64,000 nt of DNA from assembly GCA_963751275.1 (NCBI GenBank), contig CAVVTZ010000010.1:19012-83011 (forward strand), in the 5' to 3' direction. Origin of the DNA: an uncultured Gemmatimonadaceae bacterium. Its GTDB lineage: Bacteria > Gemmatimonadota > Gemmatimonadetes > Gemmatimonadales > Gemmatimonadaceae. Shown here in pieces: positions 1-9,463 of the stretch; position 1 is the first letter of the stretch; every line of letters begins with the position of its first letter. A model generated the notes under the pieces. That model ran no database searches. It saw only the letters and a program-made list of their open reading frames with translations, and was not told the DNA's origin. The translations under genes were made by a program, and so were the position numbers.

Positions 1-939
1 AGCGCCGACCGCATCGTGCCGATCGCGCAGCTCTTCTTCGACGACGCCGGCCCGCACATCGTGAGCGCCGCGAGCGCGCCGCCCACCACGGCGGCCGAGC
101 GCTTCCGCATGGAGGTCGTGAGCCTCGCCGAGCATCTGCGGCGCGTGGTGAGCGATGCGCGCGCGACGCGCGCCCCCGATGCGCGCGATCACACCGCCCG
201 CGAACTGCGCACCGCGCTGCGCGCGCTCGGCAGCGCCGCGAGCAGCTTCGGCGAGCGCCAGGTGGCGCGCTTCGCCGCCGAGTGGAGCGTGAAGGTCGCG
301 ACGCTGAACGACGCGGGCCTCACCGCACTCGATCGCGCCGCGACGATGCTCGCCGACCCTGAGACGCGCCCCGAGCAGTTGGCGCGCGCGCTCGAGCAGC
401 TCGCCGCGCCGCGCAGCCCGCAGACCGCCGGCCGCTCGACGGTGGCGCTGCTCGCCGGCGACATCCCGCCCATGCGCACGCCGACGCCGCCGATGGCCGT
501 GCGGCCGGTGGCGCCGCCGGCGGTGTCGGTCACGCCCTCGCCGCGCCGCTCGCTGGAGCGCCCGGTGGTCGAGCTGTCGCAGGCGCCGGCCGGATCGTTC
601 CCGGCGTGGCCCGCCGCGACGCCGCCGGCCGCGCCGGCCGTGCCGGTAGTTCCCGAGCCGCGGCGCCCGGGCGCCGAGTCCACTGGCGATTCGCTCCGCG
701 CCTTCCTGCAGGAAGGGATCAGCGGTCTGCGCCGTCTCGAAGACCAGCCGCTGAGCCCGCCCGCGATCGTGCCCAACGAAGACGGCACGGTGCCGATCGA
801 CCAGTTGCTCTACCGCGGCCGCGCCGCGCTCGAACGCGCCGCCGAGCTGCGCCACGAATGGCAGCGCGCCGGCGCACCGCCCACGCCCGAAGCGGTCGCC
901 GAACTGTTCGACCTGCTCGATCTCGCGCTCGTCGAGTAG
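1..939 (+). CDS. Hypothetical protein, 5'-partial; helical region plus Pro-rich linker
   Basis: Frame is open from base 1 with GC-rich codon usage; stop lies 6 nt before the next gene. Confidence 0.7.
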   Translation, partial: SADRIVPIAQLFFDDAGPHIVSAASAPPTTAAERFRMEVVSLAEHLRRVVSDARATRAPDARDHTARELRTALRALGSAASSFGERQVARFAAEWSVKVATLNDAGLTALDRAATMLADPETRPEQLARALEQLAAPRSPQTAGRSTVALLAGDIPPMRTPTPPMAVRPVAPPAVSVTPSPRRSLERPVVELSQAPAGSFPAWPAATPPAAPAVPVVPEPRRPGAESTGDSLRAFLQEGISGLRRLEDQPLSPPAIVPNEDGTVPIDQLLYRGRAALERAAELRHEWQRAGAPPTPEAVAELFDLLDLALVE

Positions 940-945
940 GCGAAG

Positions 946-1957
946 GTGAGCGCGCGCTGGCGGAACCTGCTCGGCGTCGCGCTCAGCGTCGGGCTGCTCT
1001 GGTGGACGTTCCGCGGCCAGGATCCCGCGGTGATCTGGGGCAATCTCCGCGACGCCAACATTCTGGTACCTCCTGGCCGCGATGGTCACCGGCACGCTGA
1101 TCTTCCCGCTGCGCGCGATCCGGTGGCGCGTGATCCTCGACCCGATCGCGCCGGACATCCCGCTGTACGATCTCTGGCGCGCCACCGCGATCGGCATGGC
1201 CGGCAACAACGTGCTGCCGGCGCGCGCCGGTGAATTCGCGCGCGCGTACGTGCTCTCGAAGGAGACCGAGCGCGTCACGTTCTCCGCCGCCTTCGCGTCG
1301 CTGGCCGTGGACCGCGTATTCGATGCCTTCGTGGTGCTGCTGCTCATGCTTGCGGCGATGATGTCGCCGTCGTTCCCCAACCTGCCCATTGGCGGCCGGC
1401 ACGTGAGCGACTACGTGATCGGCGGCGCGATCGTCGCGACCGCCGCGCTCGGCGCACTCTACCTCATCGTGTTCTTCCCGCAGTGGATCATCACGATGTA
1501 CGAGTGGCTCGTGCGCAAGGTGGCGCCGAAGTTCGAGGACCAGGGGCGCCAGCTGCTGCTGTCGTTCGCCTCGGGGCTCGGTGTGCTCCGGCATCCATCG
1601 CGCTTCTTCCGCGTGCTGCTCTGGACGATCGCGCACTGGCTGCTCAACGGCGTCGCCTTCCTGTGCGCCTTCAAGGCCGTGGGGATCACGGCGCCGTACA
1701 GCGCCGCGCTGCTGCTGCAGGGGTTGATCGCGATCGGCGTCGCGGTGCCGAGCGCGCCGGGATTCTTCGGCATCTTCGAGAAGATCGGCCAGGTGGGCCT
1801 CGGCATCTACGGCGTGGACAAGTCGCTCGCGACGAGCTGGGCGATCGGGTTCCATCTGCTCACGTTCATCCCGATCACGCTCATCGGCATCTACTACTTC
1901 ACGAAACTCGGGTTCCATCTCCGCGATTTGAAGCGCGCGGAGACCGACGCGGCATGA
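946..1957 (+). CDS. Lysylphosphatidylglycerol synthase TM / flippase-like (UPF0104) membrane protein; frameshift near 1065-1080
   Basis: Multiple TM helices with motifs RAIRWR, NNVLPARAGE and VPSAPG; split over ORFs 946 and 1082. Confidence 0.8.
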
Positions 1958-2841
1958 GCGCGCGCGCCGCGCGCGTCGCGGCGCAGGCGAAGATCAACCT
2001 GGGCCTGCGCGTGCTGAGTCGCGAAACGTCGGGCTACCACGGGATCGAGACGGTCTTCCAGCGGCTGGCGCTCGCCGACGACGTGAGGGTGCGGATCACC
2101 GACGGCCCGCGCACACTCGACACGCGGGGCGCCGACGTCGGCCCCACCGAGAAGAACCTCGCCTGGCGCGCGGCGCTCGCGATGCGCGCGGCCACGGGCT
2201 GGCCCGCCGGCTTCGCGATCACGATCGAGAAGCGCATCCCCGTGGGCGCGGGACTCGGCGGCGGCAGCGCCGACGCCGGCGCGGTGCTCCGCGCGCTCAA
2301 CGCGCTGGCGCCGCATCCCGTGAGCGAACTGGAACTGATGCGCATCGCCGCGCCATTGGGCGCCGATGTCCCGTTCCTCACCGGCACGGCGTCACTCGCG
2401 ATGGCGTGGGGGCGCGGCGAGCGGATGCTGTCGCTGCCGCCGCTGCCGGAGCGCAGTGTGGCGCTCGTGCAGCCGGGCTTCGCGGTGAGTACCGCCGAGG
2501 CCTACGCGTGGCTCGACGCGTCGCGCGGCGGCTACGCCCCGCAGCCGCAGATGATGGGCGCCGAGCGGTTCGCGAGCTGGGAGGCCGTGGCGCCGCTCAC
2601 CGGGAATGATTTCGAGCCGGTGATCGCCGAACACCACGCCGGGCTGCCCGGGATCGCCGAGGCGCTGCACCGCGCCGGCGCGTCGATCGCGCGCATGACC
2701 GGCTCCGGCTCGACCATGTACGGGATCTTCGCGCTCCCGCCGAACGCCGCGGCATTGGCGAAATCGGTGCCGGGCACGGTGATCGTCACGAGCACCGTGA
2801 TGAGCGTGCAACCCGTGGAGCTGGTGGACGTTCGCGCTTGA
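1954..2841 (+). CDS. ispE: 4-diphosphocytidyl-2-C-methyl-D-erythritol kinase
   Basis: AKINLGL, KRIPVGAGLGGGSADA, GADVPF and MTGSGS motifs; ATGA overlap with the upstream stop. Confidence 0.95.
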   Translation: MSARAARVAAQAKINLGLRVLSRETSGYHGIETVFQRLALADDVRVRITDGPRTLDTRGADVGPTEKNLAWRAALAMRAATGWPAGFAITIEKRIPVGAGLGGGSADAGAVLRALNALAPHPVSELELMRIAAPLGADVPFLTGTASLAMAWGRGERMLSLPPLPERSVALVQPGFAVSTAEAYAWLDASRGGYAPQPQMMGAERFASWEAVAPLTGNDFEPVIAEHHAGLPGIAEALHRAGASIARMTGSGSTMYGIFALPPNAAALAKSVPGTVIVTSTVMSVQPVELVDVRA

Positions 2842-2877
2842 GTGCCTGTGCCGGCGGCACTAACTTCCGCCTGCTGA

Positions 2878-2948
2878 TGCCCCCTCGTCCAATGGCAGGA
2901 CTCCGGACTTTGGATCCGGTAATGGTGGTTCGAATCCACCGGGGGCAA
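2878..2948 (+). tRNA. tRNA-Gln (TTG)
   Basis: Cloverleaf: TGCCCCC/GGGGGCA acceptor stem, CCGGA-CTTTGGA-TCCGG anticodon arm, GGTTCGAATCC T arm; usual ispE-tRNA-Gln-prs position; CCA not encoded. Confidence 0.97.
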
Positions 2949-2960
2949 CTACTACTGACT

Positions 2961-3077
2961 GCGCGTCTGGTCGTTCGCGTGTAGTCCTCGGCATGACAAC
3001 AAATTGTGTGATGCGCGAGAGGCCCTCAGAGTCGTACAGAATTCGTTGTCATGCCTCGGACCATACGCCATACGCTG
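2961..3077. repeat. Palindromic element, family A copy 1
   Basis: Inverted arms GGCATGACAAC/GTTGTCATGCC; homologous to 47083-47206. Confidence 0.8.
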
Positions 3078-3133
3078 TCGTTTGCAGTGTTGCGTAACCC
3101 ATTCAGCCGGACTAACTTTGATGGCTGTGAAAC

Positions 3134-4088
3134 ATGGATGAGCTAAGCGTCCCGCGACGGGGCTTCAAGCTCTTGTCGGGCACGGCGAACCGGGGGCTCG
3201 CGGAGGAGATCAGCCGCACCCTCGGCGTCGAACTCGGCAAGGTCACGCTGAGCCGGTTCGCCGACGGCGAGATCTTCGTCCGCATCGACGAGAACGTGCG
3301 CGGGCACGATGTGTTCATCGTGCAGCCGACCAATCCGCCGGCCGAGAACATCATGGAGCTCCTGCTCATGATCGACGCGGCGCGACGGGCCTCGGCGGCA
3401 CGCATCACCTGCGTGATGCCGTACTATGGATATTCGCGGCAGGACCGGAAGGACCAGCCGCGGGTGGCGATCGGCGCGAAGCTCGTCGCCAACTTGATCG
3501 TGAAGGCCGGGGCGGACCGGGTGCTGGGGATCGATTTCCACCAGCACGCGCTGCAGGGGTTCTTCGACATTCCCGTCGACCACCTCTACGCGGCGCCGGT
3601 GCTCACCGCGCATTACCGGAAGAAGGCAGTTGAAGGACCTCGTGGTCGTCGCGCCGGATGTCGGCTCGGCGAAGATGGCGAGGGGATTCGCGAAGAGGCT
3701 CAACGGCACCTTCGCGATCATCGACAAACGGCGGCCCGCGGCGAACGTCGCCGAGGTGCTGAACGTCGTCGGTGAAGTGGAAGGTCGGGATTGTCTCATT
3801 CCCGATGACATGATCGACACCGCCGGCACGGTATCCGAGGCGGCCCGCGCGCTCAAAGCGCTCGGCGCCAACGATATCTACGTCTGCGCCACGCACGCGA
3901 TGCTCTCCGGCCCAGCCGTCGAGCGTCTCTCCGCGGCGCCGATCGCCGAGGTGACCGTGACCGATACGATCGCGTTGCCGCCGTCCAAACGATTCGAGAA
4001 GCTGCGCATCCTCTCGATCGGTGAACTGCTGGCGAAAGCGATCCGCTATACGCACAGCGACGAATCCGTCAGTTCGCTGTTCGAGTGA
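3134..4088 (+). CDS. prs: Ribose-phosphate pyrophosphokinase; frameshift near 3628
   Basis: FADGE, PYYGYSRQDRK, VVAPDVG and DDMIDTAGT motifs. Confidence 0.95.
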
Positions 4089-4133
4089 CCGCCGCTCCAC
4101 CACCGTTTCCGCAACCGCAAGCGAGATCGAACC

Positions 4134-4821
4134 ATGGCCACTGAGATCCTCACCGCGCACGAACGCGCGACGACCGGCAAGGGCACGGCCCGCAAGCTGC
4201 GCGCCGACAAGAAGGTGCCCGGCATCATCTACGGACACGCACGCGAGCCGCAGGCGATCACGCTCGACGAGCGCGAGCTCGACCGCATGCTCGGCCGCGT
4301 CTCCGCCGACACGACGGTCTTCGACGTCACGATCGGCAAGAAGGTCGCGCGCTCGCTGATCCGCGAGGTCCAGCGCCACCCGATCCGCCGCAACATCCTC
4401 CACGTCGACTTCCAGGAACTGGTCGCCGGCGAGGCCGTCACGGTGGACATCCCGATCGTGCTCGTCGGTTCGCCCGACGGCGTGCGCAACCAGCAGGGCA
4501 CGCTCGACCAGATCATGCGGTCGATCAGCGTGGAAGTGGACCCGGCGAACATCCCGAACCGACTTCGACCTGAACGTGGACGCGCTGAAGCTCAACGAGT
4601 CGCTGCACGTGCGCGACCTGACGCTGCCCGCCGGTCTCAAGGTGCTCGAGGACATGGACGCGACGGTGTGCGTCGTCGTGCCGCCGCGCATCGAGGTCGA
4701 GGCGACGCCGGTCGTGGCGGAAGGCGCTGAGGGTGCGGTGGCGGCGGAAGGCGCGGCGCCGGCCGAGCCCGAGCTGATCCGCAAGGTCAAGGCGAAGGAC
4801 GAAGAGGAAGAGAAGGACTAG
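4134..4821 (+). CDS. rplY: 50S ribosomal protein L25/Ctc; frameshift near 4560
   Basis: GKGTARKLR, PGIIYG and HVDF motifs; acidic EPELIRK tail in the second frame. Confidence 0.93.
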
Positions 4822-4826
4822 CGCGA

Positions 4827-4864
4827 CGGGGCGGAATCTCGCCCCGCCCCGCTTCGCCTTCTTT
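4827..4864 (+). terminator. Possible terminator hairpin after rplY
   Basis: GGGGCGG...CCGCCCC stem followed by a weak pyrimidine tract. Confidence 0.35.
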
Positions 4865-4867
4865 CGC

Positions 4868-5500
4868 ATGAAGGTCATCATCGGCCTCGGCAATCCTGGC
4901 CGGCAATACGAACGGACGCGCCACAACGTCGGCTGGTGGGTGGTGGACCACCTGGCCGACGTTTGGCATTTCGGGAAGTGGCGCGAGGAGGGCCGCACGC
5001 TGAGCGCGGGCGGCCGCCTCGGCGCCGCGCACGTGCGACTCGTGAAGCCGCTCACGTACATGAACCTGAGCGGCGAGGTGCTGGTGCCCTGGCTCCGGCG
5101 GCCGGCGTGGAGCGCGGCCACCGATCTGCTCGCGGTGGTGGACGACGTCGCGATCCCGGTGGGGACGTGGCGGCTGCGCGCCGAGGGCTCGAGCGGCGGG
5201 CACAACGGGCTCAAGAGCATAGAGAAGCAGGTGGGGTCGCGCGAATACGCGAGGCTCCGCATCGGGATCAAGCCGCTGGAGACGGACCGGCCCACCGTGC
5301 CGCTCGACGCGTTCGTGCTCGCACCGTTCGCGGCGGCGGAGCGCGAGGCGACGTTGGGGCTGTTCCCGCGGCTCGTGGAAGTGGCGGAGCGCTGGGTGCA
5401 CGATGGCGTGACGTGCGGCCATGCATCTGCAGACGCGAACAGACGTCGGACGTTAGACGTTAGAACACATCAGAGGGCTGAATGCCTAGCAAAGGGCTGA
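4868..5500 (+). CDS. pth: Peptidyl-tRNA hydrolase; true stop may be near 5456 if there is a C-terminal indel
   Basis: GLGNPG, TRHNVG, KPLTYMNLSG, GGHNGLKS and RLRIGI motifs. Confidence 0.95.
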   Translation: MKVIIGLGNPGRQYERTRHNVGWWVVDHLADVWHFGKWREEGRTLSAGGRLGAAHVRLVKPLTYMNLSGEVLVPWLRRPAWSAATDLLAVVDDVAIPVGTWRLRAEGSSGGHNGLKSIEKQVGSREYARLRIGIKPLETDRPTVPLDAFVLAPFAAAEREATLGLFPRLVEVAERWVHDGVTCGHASADANRRRTLDVRTHQRAECLAKG

Positions 5501-6602
5501 ATGCTTAGACTCGCGATCGTCGGTCTGCCGAACGTCGGAAAGTCCACGCTGTTCAATGCGCTCACGAGCGCCAAGGCGGAGGCAGCGAACTATCCGTTCT
5601 GCACCGTGGAGCCGAACGTCGGCATCGTCGAAGTGCCGGACCCGCGGCTCGCGAAGCTGGCCGAGGTGGTGCAACCCAAGCGCACCGTGCCCGCGGCGGT
5701 GGAGTTCGTGGACATCGCGGGGCTGGTGAAAGGCGCGAGCGCGGGCGAGGGTCTGGGCAACAAGTTCCTGGCGAATATCCGTGAGACCGACGCGATCGTG
5801 CATGTGGTGCGTTGCTTCGACGATCCGGACGTGACGCACGTGATGGGCAGCGTGGATCCCGTGCGCGACCGCGAGGTGATCGAGCTGGAGCTGGCGCTGG
5901 CCGACCTCGCGGCGGTGGAGAAGCGGCTGGACCGCACGCGGCGCGCCGCGAAATCGAATGGAGAAGGAGGCGCTCGCCGAGCTGCCGGCGCTCGAGGCCG
6001 CGTACGCCGCACTCTCCGCGGGGCGCGGGCTCTGGGAAGTGAAGCTCACCGATGAACAGCGCGCGCTGCTCAAGCCGCTGGCGCTGCTCACCGCGAAGCC
6101 CGTCCTGTACGCCGCGAACGTGACCGACCACGAGCTGACGGGTGACGAGGGCCCGCACTTGAAGGCGCTGCGCGCGGCGGTGGCGAAGAGCGGCGAGCAT
6201 GCGCAGATCGTGCCGTTCTCCGCGAAGATCGAAGCCGAACTCGCCGAACTGCCGCCGGCGGATCGCGAGGATTTTCTCGCATCGCTCGGGCTGACGTCGG
6301 CGGGGTTGGACCGGCTGATCCGCGCCGGCTACGAATTGCTCGGCCTGCAGACCTACTTCACCGCCGGCGAGCAGGAAGTGCGCGCCTGGACCATCCACAA
6401 AGGCGACCGAGCGCCCGCGGCGGCCGGCGTGATCCACACGGATTTCGAGCATGGGTTCATCCGCGCGGAGACGGTGGCGTACCCGGATTTCATTTCCATG
6501 GGCGGATGGAAGGGCGCAAAGGAGAAGGGGGCGGTTCGCAGCGAAGGGAAAGAGTACGTGGTGGCCGATGGAGACGTCCTGCTGTTCCGGTTCAACGTGT
6601 AA
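5501..6602 (+). CDS. ychF: Redox-regulated ATPase YchF; frameshift near 5955
   Basis: [25 protein letters not shown] and the C-terminal [11 protein letters not shown]...FRFNV. Confidence 0.95.
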
Positions 6603-6614
6603 CTGCAGCGGCGC

Positions 6615-6785
6615 GAGTAGCACCCCGGACTACGTACTTGGTCCCCCGAACTCCGTTGCTAGCAGGTGAGGCGTAGTCACGGCATGGGCGTATTTGGCAA
6701 CACCAAGTACGCCCGAGCTGTGACCACGCCTTAGTTGCCAGAAACGGAGTTCGGGGGACCAATGACGGAGTTCGGGGTGCCACTC
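6615..6785. repeat. Long imperfect palindrome (about 83-nt arms), family B
   Basis: Arms pair almost end to end around a CAACA loop; each arm has two 21-nt units. Confidence 0.85.
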
Positions 6786-6833
6786 CCGAACAACGGCAGT
6801 GAGCATTAGGTTACACCTCACAATTGATTCACC

Positions 6834-6886
6834 GACCCTCCTCCGGAACCTGATCGTCCGGGGGCGGCCACGACCACAGGGAGGAT
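6834..6886 (+). promoter_or_regulatory. Possible S6:S18 autoregulatory leader upstream of rpsF
   Basis: CCCT can pair with AGGG at the Shine-Dalgarno, with an inner CCGGA/TCCGG hairpin; called from position and pairing only. Confidence 0.35.
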
Positions 6887-6895
6887 CAGAGAATC

Positions 6896-7261
6896 ATGCC
6901 TCGCACTTATGAGGCGGTGTACATCTTCGACTCCACGCTCGCGGACACCGCCGTCACCGAAAAACTCACCAAGCTCCACTCGCTCCTCACCGTCGAGGGC
7001 GACATCGCCCTGACGCATTGGGGCCGCCGCCAGCTCGCCTACCCCATCGGGCGCCGCGAGAACGGCTACTACGTCATCGCGAAGTTCGACGCCGAGCCCG
7101 CTACGCTGCCCGAGTACGAGCGCGCGCTCAAGCTCGACAATGGCGTCGTGCGCTACCTGGTGACCCTGCACGAACACGAAGTGGGCGCGCCCGTGCTCAC
7201 CGAAGAAGAAATGGCCGCCGCTCGCGCTCGTGCGGGCGACGATGACGACGACGAGGAATAA
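6896..7261 (+). CDS. rpsF: 30S ribosomal protein S6
   Basis: YEAVYI and [10 protein letters not shown] motifs; acidic tail. Confidence 0.95.
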   Translation: MPRTYEAVYIFDSTLADTAVTEKLTKLHSLLTVEGDIALTHWGRRQLAYPIGRRENGYYVIAKFDAEPATLPEYERALKLDNGVVRYLVTLHEHEVGAPVLTEEEMAAARARAGDDDDDEE

Positions 7262-7263
7262 CA

Positions 7264-7485
7264 ATGCGACGCCCAGCCAAGACGTGCCCGTTCTGCGAGA
7301 CCCGCGTGCGCTTCATCGACTACAAGGATGACCGGACGCTCGGCCGCTTCCTCACCGACACCGGCAAGATCCTGCCGAGCCGGTTGAGCGGCGCGTGCGC
7401 GCGTCATCAGCGGCAGCTGTCCACGGCGATCAAGCGCGCCCGCTATCTGGCGCTGGTCCCGTACATCCGGGGTCTCACCGCGTAA
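7264..7485 (+). CDS. rpsR: 30S ribosomal protein S18 (Cys-containing type)
   Basis: CPFC, IDYKD, GKILPSR and [10 protein letters not shown] motifs. Confidence 0.97.
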   Translation: MRRPAKTCPFCETRVRFIDYKDDRTLGRFLTDTGKILPSRLSGACARHQRQLSTAIKRARYLALVPYIRGLTA

Positions 7486-7487
7486 CA

Positions 7488-8531
7488 ATGTCCGGCGTGA
7501 CCGCGCCGGTGCAGCGGGAACAGGGGTGGATGCGCGTGGTGCTCGCCACCGCCGCCTTCCTTCTGCTCGCGCGCGCGCCCGGTGCCCGCGCGTTCCTGCC
7601 GGTGGTGGATACGTTCCTGCTCCTCTTTCCCGTGCTCACGGCCTGCTTCGTCGCCGGCTGGGTGAACGGGGGCCCGGCGTCGCTCGCGATCGTCTGGGTG
7701 CTCATGACGGCGGCGCTCTTCGTGCTGCCGGCCTCTTCGGGCAACGAGTCGTACCACGATCTCGCGCGCGCGTGGGGGTTGCTGGTGGGTGGTGCGTTCG
7801 GCGTGGTGTGCGTGCTGAGCGGACGCGGTTCGCTCTTCTCGCGCGCGCTGAACGCGGCGGGGTTGGCGCTCGTCGGCGCGGTGATCTTTGCCGGCGCGGC
7901 CGCTCTCTCGCTGGGTGCGATGGAGCAGGTGTTCGCGCAGGAGTTCGCGTCGCGCAATGCGGCGACCGCGAGCGCGCTCGCGCGGTGGCTGCCGGCGGTG
8001 GGGTCGGTCTTCCCCGGCGCCGGTGAGTGGGCGGCGACGCGGTCGCTGGCGTTGAGCCAGGCGTCGTCGGCGCTCGCCGCGCCGCTCGTGCCGGCGTTGC
8101 TGGTGCTGGAAGCGCTGGCGGCCTGTGCGCTGGCGTGGTCGTTGTACCACCGGCTAAGCCGCACACGGCTCGGCCTGCCGCTGTCGTCGCTGAAGACGTT
8201 CACCTTCGGCCACGGGTTGGTGTGGGCGTTGGTGGCGGGCGGCGCGCTCGTGGCGGTGCCGGCACTGCACGGCAGCGGCGCGGCGATCCTGGGGGCGAAC
8301 ATGGTGGTGCTGGTGGGCGCGCTCTTCGCGCTCCGCGGCGCCGCCGTGGCGGCCTGGTTCATCCCGATCCGCCGGACGGCGGCGCAGGTGGCGTCGTGCC
8401 TGGCGGCGCTGGCGCTCGCGCCGGTGACGGTGCCGGCGGCGGTGGGGCTGGGTGTGGCGGACAATTGGCTCGATTGGCGCGGACTCGCGCGGCCGGCGGC
8501 AGCCGGAGCGAGTCCCACCTCAACTGATTAA
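7488..8531 (+). CDS. Polytopic membrane protein, YybS/DUF2232-like
   Basis: Many TM helices; C-terminal GLGVADNWLDWR; lies between rpsR and rplI. Confidence 0.7.
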   Translation: MSGVTAPVQREQGWMRVVLATAAFLLLARAPGARAFLPVVDTFLLLFPVLTACFVAGWVNGGPASLAIVWVLMTAALFVLPASSGNESYHDLARAWGLLVGGAFGVVCVLSGRGSLFSRALNAAGLALVGAVIFAGAAALSLGAMEQVFAQEFASRNAATASALARWLPAVGSVFPGAGEWAATRSLALSQASSALAAPLVPALLVLEALAACALAWSLYHRLSRTRLGLPLSSLKTFTFGHGLVWALVAGGALVAVPALHGSGAAILGANMVVLVGALFALRGAAVAAWFIPIRRTAAQVASCLAALALAPVTVPAAVGLGVADNWLDWRGLARPAAAGASPTSTD

Positions 8532-8554
8532 CTCGTTCCTACCGGAGCATTCCC

Positions 8555-9001
8555 ATGGAAGTGATCCTGCGGCAGAGCATCGACCAGCTCGGACAGCCGG
8601 GTGACGTCGTGAAGGTGTCGGCCGGCTACGCGCGCAATTTCCTCCTCCCGCGCGGTCTCGCCTACGAGGCGACGCCGGGCAACCGGAAGCGCATCGGCCA
8701 GGAGAAGGCGCGCCTCGAGCTCGCCGAGAACGCGCGGCGCGAAGCGGCGCAGGCACTGGCCGCGCGGCTGGAGCAGGTGTCGCTCACCTTCTCGGCGCGC
8801 GTCGGCGAAGAGGAGAAGCTCTTCGGCTCCGTCACCGCCGCCGATATCGCCGCGCAGCTGCACGCGCAGGGATTCAACGAGGTCGAGAAGCGCATGATCG
8901 ATCTCCACGAGCCGATCAAGGCGCTCGGCATCTTCAAGGTGCCCGTGCGCTTGCACGCGGACGTGAAGCCGGAACTCCGCGTGTGGGTGGTGAAACAGTA
9001 A
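8555..9001 (+). CDS. rplI: 50S ribosomal protein L9
   Basis: MEVIL, GYARNFLLPRG and KLFGSVT motifs. Confidence 0.97.
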   Translation: MEVILRQSIDQLGQPGDVVKVSAGYARNFLLPRGLAYEATPGNRKRIGQEKARLELAENARREAAQALAARLEQVSLTFSARVGEEEKLFGSVTAADIAAQLHAQGFNEVEKRMIDLHEPIKALGIFKVPVRLHADVKPELRVWVVKQ

Positions 9002-9079
9002 GGAATACGGCGAGCGGAGTGGAACTTTCGGCTTCTTTCGTGGTTCCACGAGACAGTCCCTCTCACCTCAAGAAGGCGA

Positions 9080-9463
9080 ATGGCCATCAGCCCGCCCGCC
9101 AACCGTTCCTCGCTCGCGCAGGTTCAGCGCGCTGCGGCGCTCTGCCTGGATCTCAAGGCCCATGACGTCGCGCTGCTGGACCTGCGGCGCGTCTCCAATG
9201 CCACCGATTATTTCCTGATCGCGAGCGGGACGTCGGACACGCACGTGCGCGCGGTGGCGGGGCACATGATCGATGCGCTGCGGGCGCTCGGGATAAAACC
9301 CTACGGGGTGGAGGGGCTCGAATCGGGGCGCTGGGTACTGGTGGACTACGTGGACTTCGTGGTCCACGTCTTCCATCCGGCCATGCGCCAGTACTACCAA
9401 CTCGAGCGCCTCTGGGGCGACGCGCAAGGCGTGGCCCTGGATGCGCAGGGAGCGGCGACATGA
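9080..9463 (+). CDS. rsfS: Ribosome silencing factor
   Basis: DYFLIASG, WVLVDY, VVHVF and YYQLERLW motifs. Confidence 0.93.
   Translation: MAISPPANRSSLAQVQRAAALCLDLKAHDVALLDLRRVSNATDYFLIASGTSDTHVRAVAGHMIDALRALGIKPYGVEGLESGRWVLVDYVDFVVHVFHPAMRQYYQLERLWGDAQGVALDAQGAAT

Noticed and set aside
2878..3130. Prophage or island integrated at tRNA-Gln
   Set aside because: No integrase or duplicated tRNA 3' end; the usual ispE-prs synteny is intact
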